Below are positions 51,907 through 62,700 of a stretch of DNA of 64,000 nucleotides, in pieces. The position numbers and the translations under genes are program-made. Below the pieces are notes generated by a model. That model was not told the DNA's origin, ran no database searches, and saw nothing but the letters and a program-made list of their open reading frames with translations. How positions within the stretch are numbered: the stretch's first letter is position 1; each line of letters starts with the position of its first letter. The stretch comes from a bacterium (GTDB lineage: Bacteria; CAIWAD01): contig JAUIFJ010000003.1 of the NCBI GenBank assembly GCA_030429345.1, positions 111,100 to 175,099 of the forward strand, given 5' to 3'.

Positions 51907-52107
51907 CTGCAGGTTTCACCTGCAGCTGTTTTTGGTCAGCCCTTGCAGGGCTGATTCATTTGTAGGTTGGCAGGCAAGGGATCCGGTGTTTGTGATGCAG
52001 ATAGCCACGATCGCAGACCTCTGCCCGATGGTCTGATTCATCGGACACCTTCCAATCAAACGGCCCTGCAAGGGCCGACCAGAATCAGCTGCATGTGAAA
52101 CATGCAG
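51907..52107. repeat. REPIN-like 200-bp element (family C), copy 1
   Basis: About 48-bp inverted arms, each with two hairpins (CTGCAGGTTTCACCTGCAG; CAGCCCTTGCAGGGCTG). Confidence 0.85.
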
Positions 52108-52108
52108 A

Positions 52109-52505
52109 CCACCGGTTCCCGAACCAACACCGGATCCACCCATGGACCACCGGTTCCCGAACCAACACCGGATTCACCCATGGATCACCGGTTCACGACC
52201 CAACACCGGATTCACCCATGGATCACCGGTTCACGACCCAACACCGGATCCACCCATGGATCACCGGTTCCCGAACCAACACCGGATTCACCCATGGATC
52301 ACCGGTTCCCGAACCAACACCGGATCCAACCATGGATCACCGGTTCCCGAACCAACACCGGATTCATTCACGGACCACCGGTTCCCGAACCAACACCGGA
52401 TCCACCCATGGACCACCGGTTCCCGAACCAACACCGGATCCAACCATGGACCACCGGTTCCCGAACCAACACCGGATCCACCCATGGATCACCGGTTCCC
52501 GAACA
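52109..52505. repeat. 38-bp tandem repeat (ACCGGTTCCCGAACCAACACCGGATCCACCCATGGATC) x about 10.5
   Basis: Units start every 38 bp from 52111 to 52491; no unique spacers. Confidence 0.95.
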
Positions 52506-52524
52506 ATCGCCGGATTGGGTCTGG

Positions 52525-55500
52525 TCAGGATGTTCGTTCATTCAATGCCGGCAATCCGGCGACGATGCGGTTGGTCTCCACCGACACCCGTACGACTTTC
52601 CGGATCAGGTCGACGATGTAGCGCGGGTCCTGTTGTTCGCGGCACCAGGCATTGGGATCGTTGCGGATGCCGCTCTTCTTGTCCACGGTCACCTGGTAGC
52701 GCTCGAGAATCCACTCGATGGCGGACTTTCCGTTGACCACGTAATCGTAGGCCTCCAGCGGAATGCCGCTCAGGGTCAGCCGGCTGTTGTAGATGATGCG
52801 GGTCTTGTCCCACTTGCGGCCGGCCGCCTTCTCCTCGGCGCTCGGCCGGGCGAAGGTCATTTTCTTCACCTGGTAGAACTCCCAGGGATCCAGGTCCAGC
52901 TGCTGCTTCTCCTCCACCACGGCGGGGTGCGGCTCCACCGTTTCGTAGTCCACATGCCAGCGCGCCAACTCGCGCCCGGCCTCCATGAAGGCTTCGTAGT
53001 CGGCCCGCTCCTGCGTCAGCGGAATCCGCGGCAGCATCTTCTTCAGATCCGCGGCAAAGCGCCGGCGGTACTCCTCCGAATGGAGGATGCCGTATACATA
53101 GTAGAAGATGTCCTCCTTCTCCACGCCCTCCCCATACACCCGCCGAAACTCGGCCAGGATGCCATCCGTTATCCCCGAACGCCTCCGATAGCCGTCGACA
53201 ATCTCGACGCCTTCCTCCTCCACGGACAGATCCAGTTCCCCACTGGTGGGAGTGGCTTTCTCGTAGACATACAGCGGGAAGCACTGACCCTTTGAAATAC
53301 ACTCAAGGTCCACAATTGAACTAGACATCAGCACCGAGAATCCTTTTGTAGCACCGATCCCAGTTGTAGCGAACACAAGATTCACGAGTTCGCTTGTAGG
53401 ATACATCTTGGGTAGTTGATAGGTACGATTGTTGAACTGTTGATTGAAGTAGCACGATTGCTTCTGAAAAGGCCGATACATTCCCAACCGTATTCCTTCT
53501 GCATCAAACTCCCCACACTTCCCACGGATTAGGTCTTCCCTTATCTCATGTGTCCAACTAATCCTCTTGGGGTCATCCAGATAAAACCCATTTGCAAGAT
53601 CTCTTCGTTCCGCAGAAGGACTCGATTTGGCAGCAATTTCGAATGCCTCCACTTGCGCGTTGAAAACTTCGATCATCGCCTTCATTCTTGCCGAAAGCGA
53701 AGACTCCGAATAATTGTAGCACCAGGCATCTCGATTGGTCTTCAGCCCACTCGAGTAAGTCTCGAATACAGAATTCAACTCACTTGATTTTTTGTCGCCA
53801 AGTTGAATAAAATTCATAAACGCGGGGTCTCGCTGGTTGATCCAGTCCGCCTCCGCGTTGGGGTGAATCCGTTGCCATTTCCCTGCGCGCTTCAACCCTT
53901 CCAGACTTTGCACTTCGGCAATGAGATCAAGCTTCTCTGCGCGGCTGAGGTAGTCGCCGATGTCGTGGTAGTACAACTTCCCGGGACCTTTGTGTACCGG
54001 GTTTCTAACGAGAATGGAAATGGCGACCGGAGTGCGCGTGCCTTGGCCGAACACATTGTCTTTCTCTTTGCGCCTCTGCTCACCCGAAGTCCGGGCATTG
54101 CCCCGCAAGTTGAAGATGTATACGGACGAGAACTCATCGGCAAGACATGAACGAAGCCCCGCGCTGGCATTCCCGTCAATGAATGCTCCATTGGTGACGA
54201 AGCCAATGACGCCTTGCTTTCCAATGCGATCGCTGGCCCAGCGAATGGCGCGGATGTAGGAATCGTACAGGGAGTTTTTGAGTGTGGCCGTCGATCGGGC
54301 AGCGTAGGTTTCTGTGATGCGTCGATCGAGGATCGGGTAGGGCACCGGATTCTCGTTTACCGAGTAGGGCGGATTGGCGATCACCACGCGGATCGGGGCC
54401 TTCTTCTGGCGTGTGACGCGTTCGTTGTTCACTGGGAACATCGCGTCTTCCATGTCGGCCTGCGAACCCGCAGCCTCGGTGAGCTGGAAGGTGTCCGTCA
54501 GCACGATGCCGTCGAAAGGGGTGTACTCCGGAATCGCCGGCGGGGAGCCCTTGCCCTTGCGCTCTGCCTCGAGGGCCTCCTGCCGCAGGGTGTGGAAGGT
54601 CTCCTCGATGTTGATCGCGGCGATGTAGTAGGCCAGCAGCACGATCTCGTTGGCGTGGAGCTCTTCGCAGAACTTGCGCTCCAGGTCCCCGGGGCGGATC
54701 AGGCCGCTTTGCAGGAGCCGGGTGATGAAGGTCCCCGTGCCGGTGAAAGGGTCGATAATGTGCACATCCCTGGCGCTCAGGGAGGAGTGGAACTCCTCGC
54801 GGAGCACATCCTCCACCGAATGGAGGATGAAGTCCACGACTTCGACCGGAGTGTAGACGATGCCCAGTCGCTCGGCCATCTTCTTGAAGGCCGTGGCGAA
54901 GAACTTGTCGTAAAGCTCGAGGATCACCTTCTGCTTGCCTTCGGCGTTGTCGATGCCCGCGGCGCGGGTGCGGACGGAAGCGTAGAATTTCTCCAGGCCG
55001 GCCGTCTCCTTCTCGAGAGCCTGGTCCTGCAGGGCGTCCAGCATGGACTGCATGGCCTGGCTCACCGGATTCAGGTCGGAAAAGGCATAGTCGGCAAAGA
55101 GCGCGTCGAAGACCGGCCGAGTGATCAGGTGTTGGCTCAGCATCTCGATCGCCTCGTCAGAGGAGATCGCCGGGTTGATGTTGCGCCGCAGCCCCCCCAG
55201 GAACTGCTCGAAGGCCTTCGCGTGCCGAGGCTGCCCCTGCTCGAGCAGGAGGCGAATGCGGTCCGTGTGCCGCTGCGCGATGCGTGCCACATCCTCGGCC
55301 CACTTGTGCCAGTAGCGGCGCTCCCCGCATTTCCGGACAATGCGCGCATAGAGCGCATCCTTCCACTCCTGCAGGTTGTGGAAGAAATCGAAACTCTGCT
55401 GCTGCGGCGCGCGCACCTCGGGCGAATCCGACTCCGTTCCGGGAAGCCCTCCTTCGCCGATGCCGATCACGCCGATCTGCGAAGGCGCTTTCCTGTTCAA

Positions 55501-57453
55501 TTCGATCTGGTTGATCGTGGCGTTGAAGCGGTCGTCGTGGGAGCGCAGCGCCTGCAGCACCTGCCAGACGATGGCGTACTTGCGGTTGTCCTTCAGCGCT
55601 TCTTCCGGAGCCAGGCCAGCGGGGATGCCGATCGGCAGGATGATGTAGCCGTACTGCTTGTCCGGCGCCTTGCGCATCACGCGGCCGACGGATTGTACGA
55701 CATCCACCACCGAGTTGCGCGGATTGAGGAAGAGCACGGCGTCCAGGCTCGGCACATCCACGCCTTCGGAAAGGCAGCGTGCATTGGAGAGAATGCGGCA
55801 ACGGTCCGCCGGGCCGGGCTCCTTCAGCCAGTCCAGCTTGCCGTGGCGCGTCAGGGCATTCATCGTGCCGTCTACATGGTCCAGCTCGACCGACAACAGG
55901 TTGGCCTCGGAGCGGTGCTCCCGGCGATAGGTCGCCACCAGCTGGGCGAAGTACTCGCAGAAGGCCTGCGAATCCTTGATCGAGCGGGAAAAGGCGACCG
56001 CCGTGCGCATCGGCGCCAGGTCCCCGTAGAGCTCGGCCTCGTCGGCCGTCGTGTGATCGAACTTCTTCGCCAGCCCGTTCCAGCAGCCCGTCACGCGCAC
56101 GGCGTCGTCCAAAGTCAGCGAGTTGTCCGAGTCCGTGATCTGTTTCTGGAAGGTCTTCGAGGCATAGGCCTCGTCCACCGCGAGCACCAGCACCTTGTAG
56201 TCGGTGAGCAGGTTCTTCTCGACCGCCTCGCCGAAGCCCAGGCGGTGGAACTCGGGGCCGTAGAGCGCCTCGTCGTCCATGGAGCACAGAGTGGCTTCGG
56301 CGTCCTCCGCCCGGCCCTTGGTTTCGTCCCCGTAGACGCGCGGGGTGGCCGTCATGTACAGGCGCTTCGCTGCCCGAATGTAGTCGGCGTCGTGGATGCG
56401 GACGAAGTGCGACTCGTCCTGGTCCGACAGGGTCACGCCGGTCGTGCGGTGCGCCTCGTCGCAGATCACCAGGTCGAAGTCGGGCAGGCCCCGGGCCTGG
56501 GCCTCGTGGACAGCGTGGATCGACTGGTAGGTCGAAAAGAGAACCGTGGTGCCCCGGTTGGTCTTCGATTGCTTGCGCCTGCGGATCTTGCGCTGCAGGG
56601 CTTCCCATTGCAACACCAGCGAGCGCGTCTGCGTCGTCGCCGGAAAGGCCAGGTCCGAGAGATCGATTTCCGCCGTGTCGCTACCCTTGCGTTTCCGTCG
56701 TCCGATGTTGGCGTCGGAGCACACCGCCAGGGCATGAATCGGTTTGCGGGAAAAGGCGGTCCATTCGCGCAGGGTCTGGGCGAGCAGGGCCAGGGAAGGA
56801 ACCAGGAAGAGGACCGTCCCGCCCAGCGCAATCTCTTCGGCGATCGCCAGCGAGGTGTAGGTCTTCCCGGTGCCGCAGGCCATGATCAACTTGCCCCGCT
56901 CGGATTCCCGGAAGCCCTGTGTCACATCCTTCAGGGCCTGCAGCTGATGCGGGCGCGGCTCGCGCCTCTTCATGAGCTTGAGCTTGTGGATCGCCTTCAG
57001 CGAAAAGGTGGACCAGTCCACGGGCGAGGCGTCCAGGTCCTGCACGCGGAGCTTCTGGATCGGCTTGCTCTGGTCCTTGATCGTATGGTCTACATTCTTC
57101 CCCCACTTGTCCGTGGTGGAAACGATGATGCCCGAACTGAACTGCTTCTTGCCAAGCACCGCCAGGAAGGAATCGATGTCCCCCTTGGCCAGCTGATGCT
57201 CGGGCAGGAAGAACTTGCACTGGATGCCGACGATTTCCCCGGTGGCTTCCTCCTCGGCGACAATGTCGATGCCGATATCGCCGACCTCCCCCTTGCGGGG
57301 CCATTCATTCCAGAGCCACACCTTGGAGAAGCGTTCCGCGTACTGCGGATCAATTTCCAGGTAGCGGACGATCAGTCGCTCGAACCTGTCCCCCAGGTCG
57401 CGGTTGTTCAGCGCCGCGTCCCGGAACTCCGCCAGAATGTCATGGATGCTCAT
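52525..57453 (-). CDS. Type ISP restriction-modification enzyme (LlaGI/LlaBIII-like)
   Basis: 1642 aa; N-terminal Mrr-like nuclease (GIDIVA..QCK), SF2 helicase (MACGTGKT, DEAH, QSVGRVMR), N6-MTase (DPFTGTG, NPPY), TRD and conserved C-terminus YVVNGKSAIEW. Confidence 0.93.
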   Translation of the reverse strand: MSIHDILAEFRDAALNNRDLGDRFERLIVRYLEIDPQYAERFSKVWLWNEWPRKGEVGDIGIDIVAEEEATGEIVGIQCKFFLPEHQLAKGDIDSFLAVLGKKQFSSGIIVSTTDKWGKNVDHTIKDQSKPIQKLRVQDLDASPVDWSTFSLKAIHKLKLMKRREPRPHQLQALKDVTQGFRESERGKLIMACGTGKTYTSLAIAEEIALGGTVLFLVPSLALLAQTLREWTAFSRKPIHALAVCSDANIGRRKRKGSDTAEIDLSDLAFPATTQTRSLVLQWEALQRKIRRRKQSKTNRGTTVLFSTYQSIHAVHEAQARGLPDFDLVICDEAHRTTGVTLSDQDESHFVRIHDADYIRAAKRLYMTATPRVYGDETKGRAEDAEATLCSMDDEALYGPEFHRLGFGEAVEKNLLTDYKVLVLAVDEAYASKTFQKQITDSDNSLTLDDAVRVTGCWNGLAKKFDHTTADEAELYGDLAPMRTAVAFSRSIKDSQAFCEYFAQLVATYRREHRSEANLLSVELDHVDGTMNALTRHGKLDWLKEPGPADRCRILSNARCLSEGVDVPSLDAVLFLNPRNSVVDVVQSVGRVMRKAPDKQYGYIILPIGIPAGLAPEEALKDNRKYAIVWQVLQALRSHDDRFNATINQIELNRKAPSQIGVIGIGEGGLPGTESDSPEVRAPQQQSFDFFHNLQEWKDALYARIVRKCGERRYWHKWAEDVARIAQRHTDRIRLLLEQGQPRHAKAFEQFLGGLRRNINPAISSDEAIEMLSQHLITRPVFDALFADYAFSDLNPVSQAMQSMLDALQDQALEKETAGLEKFYASVRTRAAGIDNAEGKQKVILELYDKFFATAFKKMAERLGIVYTPVEVVDFILHSVEDVLREEFHSSLSARDVHIIDPFTGTGTFITRLLQSGLIRPGDLERKFCEELHANEIVLLAYYIAAINIEETFHTLRQEALEAERKGKGSPPAIPEYTPFDGIVLTDTFQLTEAAGSQADMEDAMFPVNNERVTRQKKAPIRVVIANPPYSVNENPVPYPILDRRITETYAARSTATLKNSLYDSYIRAIRWASDRIGKQGVIGFVTNGAFIDGNASAGLRSCLADEFSSVYIFNLRGNARTSGEQRRKEKDNVFGQGTRTPVAISILVRNPVHKGPGKLYYHDIGDYLSRAEKLDLIAEVQSLEGLKRAGKWQRIHPNAEADWINQRDPAFMNFIQLGDKKSSELNSVFETYSSGLKTNRDAWCYNYSESSLSARMKAMIEVFNAQVEAFEIAAKSSPSAERRDLANGFYLDDPKRISWTHEIREDLIRGKCGEFDAEGIRLGMYRPFQKQSCYFNQQFNNRTYQLPKMYPTSELVNLVFATTGIGATKGFSVLMSSSIVDLECISKGQCFPLYVYEKATPTSGELDLSVEEEGVEIVDGYRRRSGITDGILAEFRRVYGEGVEKEDIFYYVYGILHSEEYRRRFAADLKKMLPRIPLTQERADYEAFMEAGRELARWHVDYETVEPHPAVVEEKQQLDLDPWEFYQVKKMTFARPSAEEKAAGRKWDKTRIIYNSRLTLSGIPLEAYDYVVNGKSAIEWILERYQVTVDKKSGIRNDPNAWCREQQDPRYIVDLIRKVVRVSVETNRIVAGLPALNERTS

Positions 57454-57587
57454 GGTGCCTGTCCCGTCAAGTCAATCCACATGCAGTTGTGCCACTGCGA
57501 TCATGCCATCGCTTCCGCATCTCGTTGTGCAGAATAATGTTTGCAACGGAAATGCGGGTCACTCCTCTTCCGGTTTGGTTACCGAAT

Positions 57588-57975
57588 CTGCAGGTTTCAC
57601 CTGCAGCTGTTTTTTGGTCAGCCCTTGCAGGGCTGATTTATTTGAAGGGGGACTGGCAGGGGATCAAATGTATGTGATGCAAATCGCCACGATCGCAGAC
57701 CTCTGCCCGATGGTCTGATTCATCGGACACCTTCCAGTCAAACGGCCCTGCAAGGGCCGACCAGAATCAGAATCTGCAGGTTTCACCTGCAGCTGTTTTT
57801 TGGTCAGCCCTTGCAGGGCTGATTCATTTGAAGGGGGACTGGCAGGGGACCAAAAGTTTGTGATGCAAATCGCCACGATCGCAGACCTCTGCCCGATGGT
57901 CTGATTCATCGGACACCTTCCAGTCAAACGGCCCTGCAAGGGCCGACCAGAATCAACTGCATGTGAAACATGCAG
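57588..57975. repeat. REPIN-like element (family C), tandem copies 2 (57588-57770, truncated) and 3 (57774-57975)
   Basis: Direct repeats of 51907-52107. Confidence 0.88.
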
Positions 57976-58012
57976 CCCCATCAAAACCACCACCCGCGTC
58001 CCATTCCACGAA

Positions 58013-58048
58013 GAGAGAAAACCCCGCATCCTGCGGATGCGGGGCCAT
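58013..58048 (-). terminator. Intrinsic terminator of the kinase operon
   Basis: Minus strand GGCCCCGCATCC-GCA-GGATGCGGGG TTTT; near-identical to 51615-51650 in inverted orientation. Confidence 0.75.
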
Positions 58049-58069
58049 TGATTTCGTATACGGATCGTC

Positions 58070-59773
58070 TCAGAGCAGCTGGTAGGGAAAACGGATCACG
58101 AAGGTGGTCCCTTCCCCCGGCTCGCTCTGCAGATCCATTTCGGCCTCGTGCTTCTCGACGACCATGCGGACCAGGGTCAGGCCCAGGCCGCTGCCGCGGC
58201 CGTCCTCCTTTGTCGAGAAGTAGGGGTCCCAGACGCGCTTCAGCAGTTCGTCCGGAATGCCGCAGCCCGTGTCGGCGACCTTGAGCTCGAGCCACTCGCT
58301 TGTCACACGGGTCTCGATGCGGATCTTGCCCTCGCCCTTGTCCTCCACCGCGTGCGCGCTGTTGATCACCAGGTTCATCAGCAGCTGCTGGATGTAGTCC
58401 TTGTCCCCCTCCAGCAGGGGCAGGCCGTCCTCCAGTTCCAGGTCGATCTGGAAGCGCTGCCCCGGCGTGATACTCCCGCCCTCCTCGTCGAAGAGGCCGC
58501 AGTAGAAGTTCTTGATCCGGCCGCCGGTCTCCTTCAGCAGCTGGAGCACATCCTCCACCTCCTGGTTCAGGTCGACGGGCTGCTTCTTCATCGAAAGCGG
58601 CTTGGACAGGGTGTTCAGGTTGCTGGCAATGCGCGAGATGCGGTCGGTCATCTGGTTGATCACCGCCATGTCCTCGCCCAGCTTGTCGCGCAGCTTGGGC
58701 TCCTTGGCCAGCTGGAGCTTCATCAGTTCCAGCCGCCCCTTGACCGGCGTCAGCGCGTTCTTGATCTCGTGGGCGATCGAGCCGGCCATGCGGGCCAGCA
58801 TGTCGCTCTTCTCCTTCTCCAGCAGCTGCTGTTCCATGCGCTTCTGCAGCGTCACATCGCTGATCACCAGGCCCTGGCGGCCCTTGCGCATTTCCGAATC
58901 CGGCAGCGGGAAGGGGAAGAGGCGGAAGACCCGCCCCTGGCGATCGAAATCGAAGCCCGCCTCCTTGCCCGCGCTGCCCGTGAACTGGATGCGGTCCATG
59001 ATCTTCTGTTCGATGCAGAAGGCGCTGCCGGTCCATTCCAGGTAGGGATTCTGGTCCAGCAGTTCGTCGCTCAGCCGGTTGCTGAAATGCACATGCCCCT
59101 TCTCGTCGATCACCAGCAGCATCACCGGCACCGAATCGACGATGCTCTGGTGATAGGCCTGCAGGTCGCGGACTTCCTTGTAGCGGCGGCGCTCCTGGCG
59201 GCGCAGATGGATATGCGTCAGAATGATCGAGCCCAGCTCGCAGAAGACTTCCAGCAGCACCAGCATCTGGTTGGTGAAGACCGAGACCTGGCTCTGGTTG
59301 TGGACATAGATCGCGCCGACAATGCGGTCCTGCAGTTTCAGCGGCACGCAGAGGCTGCTCTTCAGGTCGAGCTTGATCACCGACTTGCGGCTGCTCAGGG
59401 ACTCGTTGTCCTGGATGTTCTCGTTGCGCGCGCTGACGCCCGTCTCGAGCACCTGGCGCACAATGGAACTGGAAACCAGCTCGTCCGGATTCTCGTAGGA
59501 CTTGCCCTTGCGGTCCAGGGCCTGGGCGTAGCCGTAGCTGCCGTCATCCTGTTCCAGGACGATGGCGCCGAATTCGGCGTCCACCAGGCGGATCGCCGCG
59601 CTCAGCAAGCCGGCAAAGACATGGTCCGGGTCTTCGGCCTGGTTGATCTGGTGCGTGAGTTCAAGAATCTGCTGGAGGTTCTCTTCGGCGAATCCGCTGC
59701 CGGATGTCTCCATGCGGCGGGATTCCTCTTCGAGGTTCTCCAGGCTGTCAAACGAATCAAAGAAGTCTTCCAT
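58070..59773 (-). CDS. GAF-PAS-like sensor histidine kinase (cytoplasmic)
   Basis: GAF (SSLCVPLKLQDRIVGAIYV), H-box AHEIKN, N-box, DTGCGI, DPYFSTK, GSGLGL; TGATG coupling to the upstream kinase. Confidence 0.92.
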   Translation of the reverse strand: MEDFFDSFDSLENLEEESRRMETSGSGFAEENLQQILELTHQINQAEDPDHVFAGLLSAAIRLVDAEFGAIVLEQDDGSYGYAQALDRKGKSYENPDELVSSSIVRQVLETGVSARNENIQDNESLSSRKSVIKLDLKSSLCVPLKLQDRIVGAIYVHNQSQVSVFTNQMLVLLEVFCELGSIILTHIHLRRQERRRYKEVRDLQAYHQSIVDSVPVMLLVIDEKGHVHFSNRLSDELLDQNPYLEWTGSAFCIEQKIMDRIQFTGSAGKEAGFDFDRQGRVFRLFPFPLPDSEMRKGRQGLVISDVTLQKRMEQQLLEKEKSDMLARMAGSIAHEIKNALTPVKGRLELMKLQLAKEPKLRDKLGEDMAVINQMTDRISRIASNLNTLSKPLSMKKQPVDLNQEVEDVLQLLKETGGRIKNFYCGLFDEEGGSITPGQRFQIDLELEDGLPLLEGDKDYIQQLLMNLVINSAHAVEDKGEGKIRIETRVTSEWLELKVADTGCGIPDELLKRVWDPYFSTKEDGRGSGLGLTLVRMVVEKHEAEMDLQSEPGEGTTFVIRFPYQLL

Positions 59774-62700
59774 CAGCTCCGCCTGCTGCGAATCAGATCC
59801 TGGCACTGACTGGCCAGGGCTCGAAGCCTGCCCGCCAGGGGCATGCTTCCGAGCCAGTTGCGTTGTTCTGTCTTCAGGGTATCGGCTGTCTGCTTCAGCA
59901 CTTTGATGGCCTTGCCCAATTGTTCCCCAGCCCGGGCCGCCTCTCCGCGGGCCAGCAGCAGTTGCCCGGCCAGCGTGCCCAGGGCCGCCTGCTGCAGGGG
60001 CGCCAGCCCTTTCGCCGGCAGCGACTGCCGCAGGCGCTCAAGAGCCGCCTCCAGCGGCAGGTCCAGGGCCAGGAGCAGTTCGAGCCGCTGGCGCAGGGGC
60101 CACATCACCTTCGGCATGTCCTCCAGCAGCTGCAGCGACCGGGGATCGATCCCGCCTTCCTTCTGCTTCCGTAGTGTACGAAGCCCGGAGCAGAGCGGAT
60201 CGTCGTCCATGCTGCTGTCTGCCGCGTCGATCGAGCACGGGATGCGCGCGGCAAGCCCCAGGGCCAGCCATTCCTGCAGCAGCTCTTTCGCTTCCAGTTC
60301 CTGCAGGGCTTCCAGGTGAGCCACGAAGTGCTCCTCTTCCGGCAGCCGGCCCAGGTCCCATTCGATGAGCAGCCGGCTGTGAATCGCCTCGCGGCGCGCC
60401 AGGGGATCCTGCTGGCGCAGGGCCTCCTCTTCCATCTCGGCCAGGGATTCCAGGGCTGCGGCCATCTCGCCCTGGCGATACTGCAGCTCCGAAAGGGAAT
60501 AGAGCACGTTCAGCAGCAGGCGGCGATTTCCCGTGCGCCGGCAGAGGCCGAGCGCTTCCTGAATCGGTCCTTCAGCGTCCGCGATGCGGGCCTGCAGGTA
60601 GAAGGCATAGCCCAGGTTGACCTGGATCTGTGCCTGGATCTCTTCCAGATGCAGTTCGGAGGCCTCGCGCCCGGCCTGCTGCAGGTCGGCGACCGCCTCC
60701 TGCCATTCCCCGCGATTGAGATGCCCGACCCCCAGGTTCATGCGCAGCAGGGGACGATGGCTGGGATCCGGCCGGGCCTGGGACTCGTCGAGCAGCGCCT
60801 TCCACAGACTTTCCGCCCGCTCCGGCCGCCCCAGGTGAAAGGCGATGGCGGCAATCAGGTTGGCCTGGTAGCTGATCTGTCGATCCCAGGGCCGCTCGAC
60901 CTGGCGCAGGATCTGCTCGCTTTCGTCCAGCAGTTCCAGGGCTTCGGGATTCTCTCCGAGCTGCACCCGCAGGTGCGCCAGCTGGGAGAGCGCGCGCAGC
61001 CGCTGCCGGGGGGCCTCCGCGCCGATTTCCCTCAGAAGCAGTTTCAACACCCGGCGGGCAAGGCGAGGCTTTCCCTGCGCCTGGTAGAGGTGCGCCAGCT
61101 GCAGGAGGGCGTTGCGGCGCACGGCGGCATCCAGCGCCGGCATGCGGAAGAGCCGGCGAATGCTGCGGTAGGCCTCTTCGGGGCGCGCCTGGTCCAGGTA
61201 GGCCTGGATCAGGGTCGTGAAGAACTCGGCGCTGCCTTCCCGTCCTTCCACGTCCTTGGCGGCCAGGGCCTCGATCAGGCGGCTGCGGTCCTCCGGAAAG
61301 GCGCCCTCCGCCTGGCGCAGCAGCTCCCGCCCGCGTTCCCAGGAGATGGCGGCCGGATCCGCATGGGCCAGGTGCCCGAGTCGCACGGGGACCGGGGCTT
61401 CTTCCCGGGCCTCGAACCAGTCGAAGAGGCGCAGATGCGCCTGCTGGCGCTGTGCCGGAGCCACCAGCTCGCCGATCCCGGGTGCGACGGAAGGCACGCC
61501 GTCCCCGCGATCCCGCAGCAGGGCTTCGGCATGCAGCCGCGGCAGGGCCGGGCGCAGGCCGGATTCCTGCAGGCGATCGATCCACAGGGACTGCCCCGCC
61601 AGCGGACTCCAGGCCAGGATCTCTTCCAGCAGCCGCAGGCTCGCTTCGTCCAGGCCGGCCAGGTCCTCTTCGGCGGCGGCCCCGGGTCGTTTCAGTTCGG
61701 CGCGGGCCTGCAGGACACCGTCTTCCAGGGCCAGGCGTCCGTCGAGCCAGTTGAGGCGCAAGAGGTCCAGGCTGAGATCCAGCCGGCCATGCGTCAGATC
61801 CTCGATCTCCGCCAGCAGCCCGGGCGCGGGATCGATGCCCGGCAGCGCGCGGGCCAGGGTCTCCGAGTAGACCTCCCGCGTCGGCAGGGGCACTTCCACC
61901 GAAAGGCCCTCCGCATCCGCAGGGGGCGCCTGGATCGTCACCAGCAAGTGCTGCAGGCCGCGTTCCCGGCACAGGGCGCGCAGGCTCTGCAGCCAGTCGG
62001 GCAGCGCCGCGGGATCCAGCTCCGCGTGTTGCACATCCAGCACCAGCCCCGCCGGTTCGGCCCCCAGGGCGCGGGGCAGGAAATCGAGCAGCTGGTTGAG
62101 CCAGCGCCGCAGGCCCGCGGGATCCGCGGGAAGACCCTTCGCCGATCGAATGCCCTTGGACAGGGCGCTGCCCGCATCCAGTCCCGGATGCCGGAGCAGC
62201 GTGCGCCGCGCCCAGGCCTGCAGGTCCAGGTCCGGACAATCGATCAGCAGCAGCTGCCGCCCCGCCAGCCGCAACTCCTCCAGCAGACCGATCAGCCGGG
62301 CCGACTTGCCGCCCCCGGCCGGGCCGTGCAGAATGCCGCTCTCGCCCCGGACAAGGGCCTCGGATAGGGCGCGGCTCCAGGCCGCCTCCCCTTCCAGGCG
62401 CAGGGTGAGCGGGACCAGCTTGGCGCCTTCCTGCGGCTGTACGTCCAGCAGGGCGTGCATCACCTGGCGAGGGGCGGGACGCTGCTCCGGCTGCCTGGCC
62501 AGGCAGGCCTCGATGAGGGGCAGCAGGCTCGAGGGGCGGGAAGGCGGACGCTCACCGCTGAGAATCGCCTGCAGGCAGGCCTGGGGATCCTCGGGCCAGG
62601 GCAGGCGCCCGTTAAGCATCGCCCAGAGCAGGACGCCCAGGGACCAGACGTCGGAGTGCGCGTGCACCTGGCCTTCCTGGATGCGCTCCGGAGGCATGGT

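Noticed and set aside
52109-52505. 38-bp repeat array as CRISPR
   Set aside because: Units are contiguous with no unique spacers; no cas genes in the window
51574-53295. ORFs across the 17-bp and 38-bp arrays
   Set aside because: Repeat periods are not multiples of 3; artefactual open frames
54214-57537. 1107-aa plus-strand ORF (and similar long antisense ORFs at 69-1718, 45113-48421, 38203-40785)
   Set aside because: Shadow ORFs opposite well-supported genes, expected with high-GC codon bias
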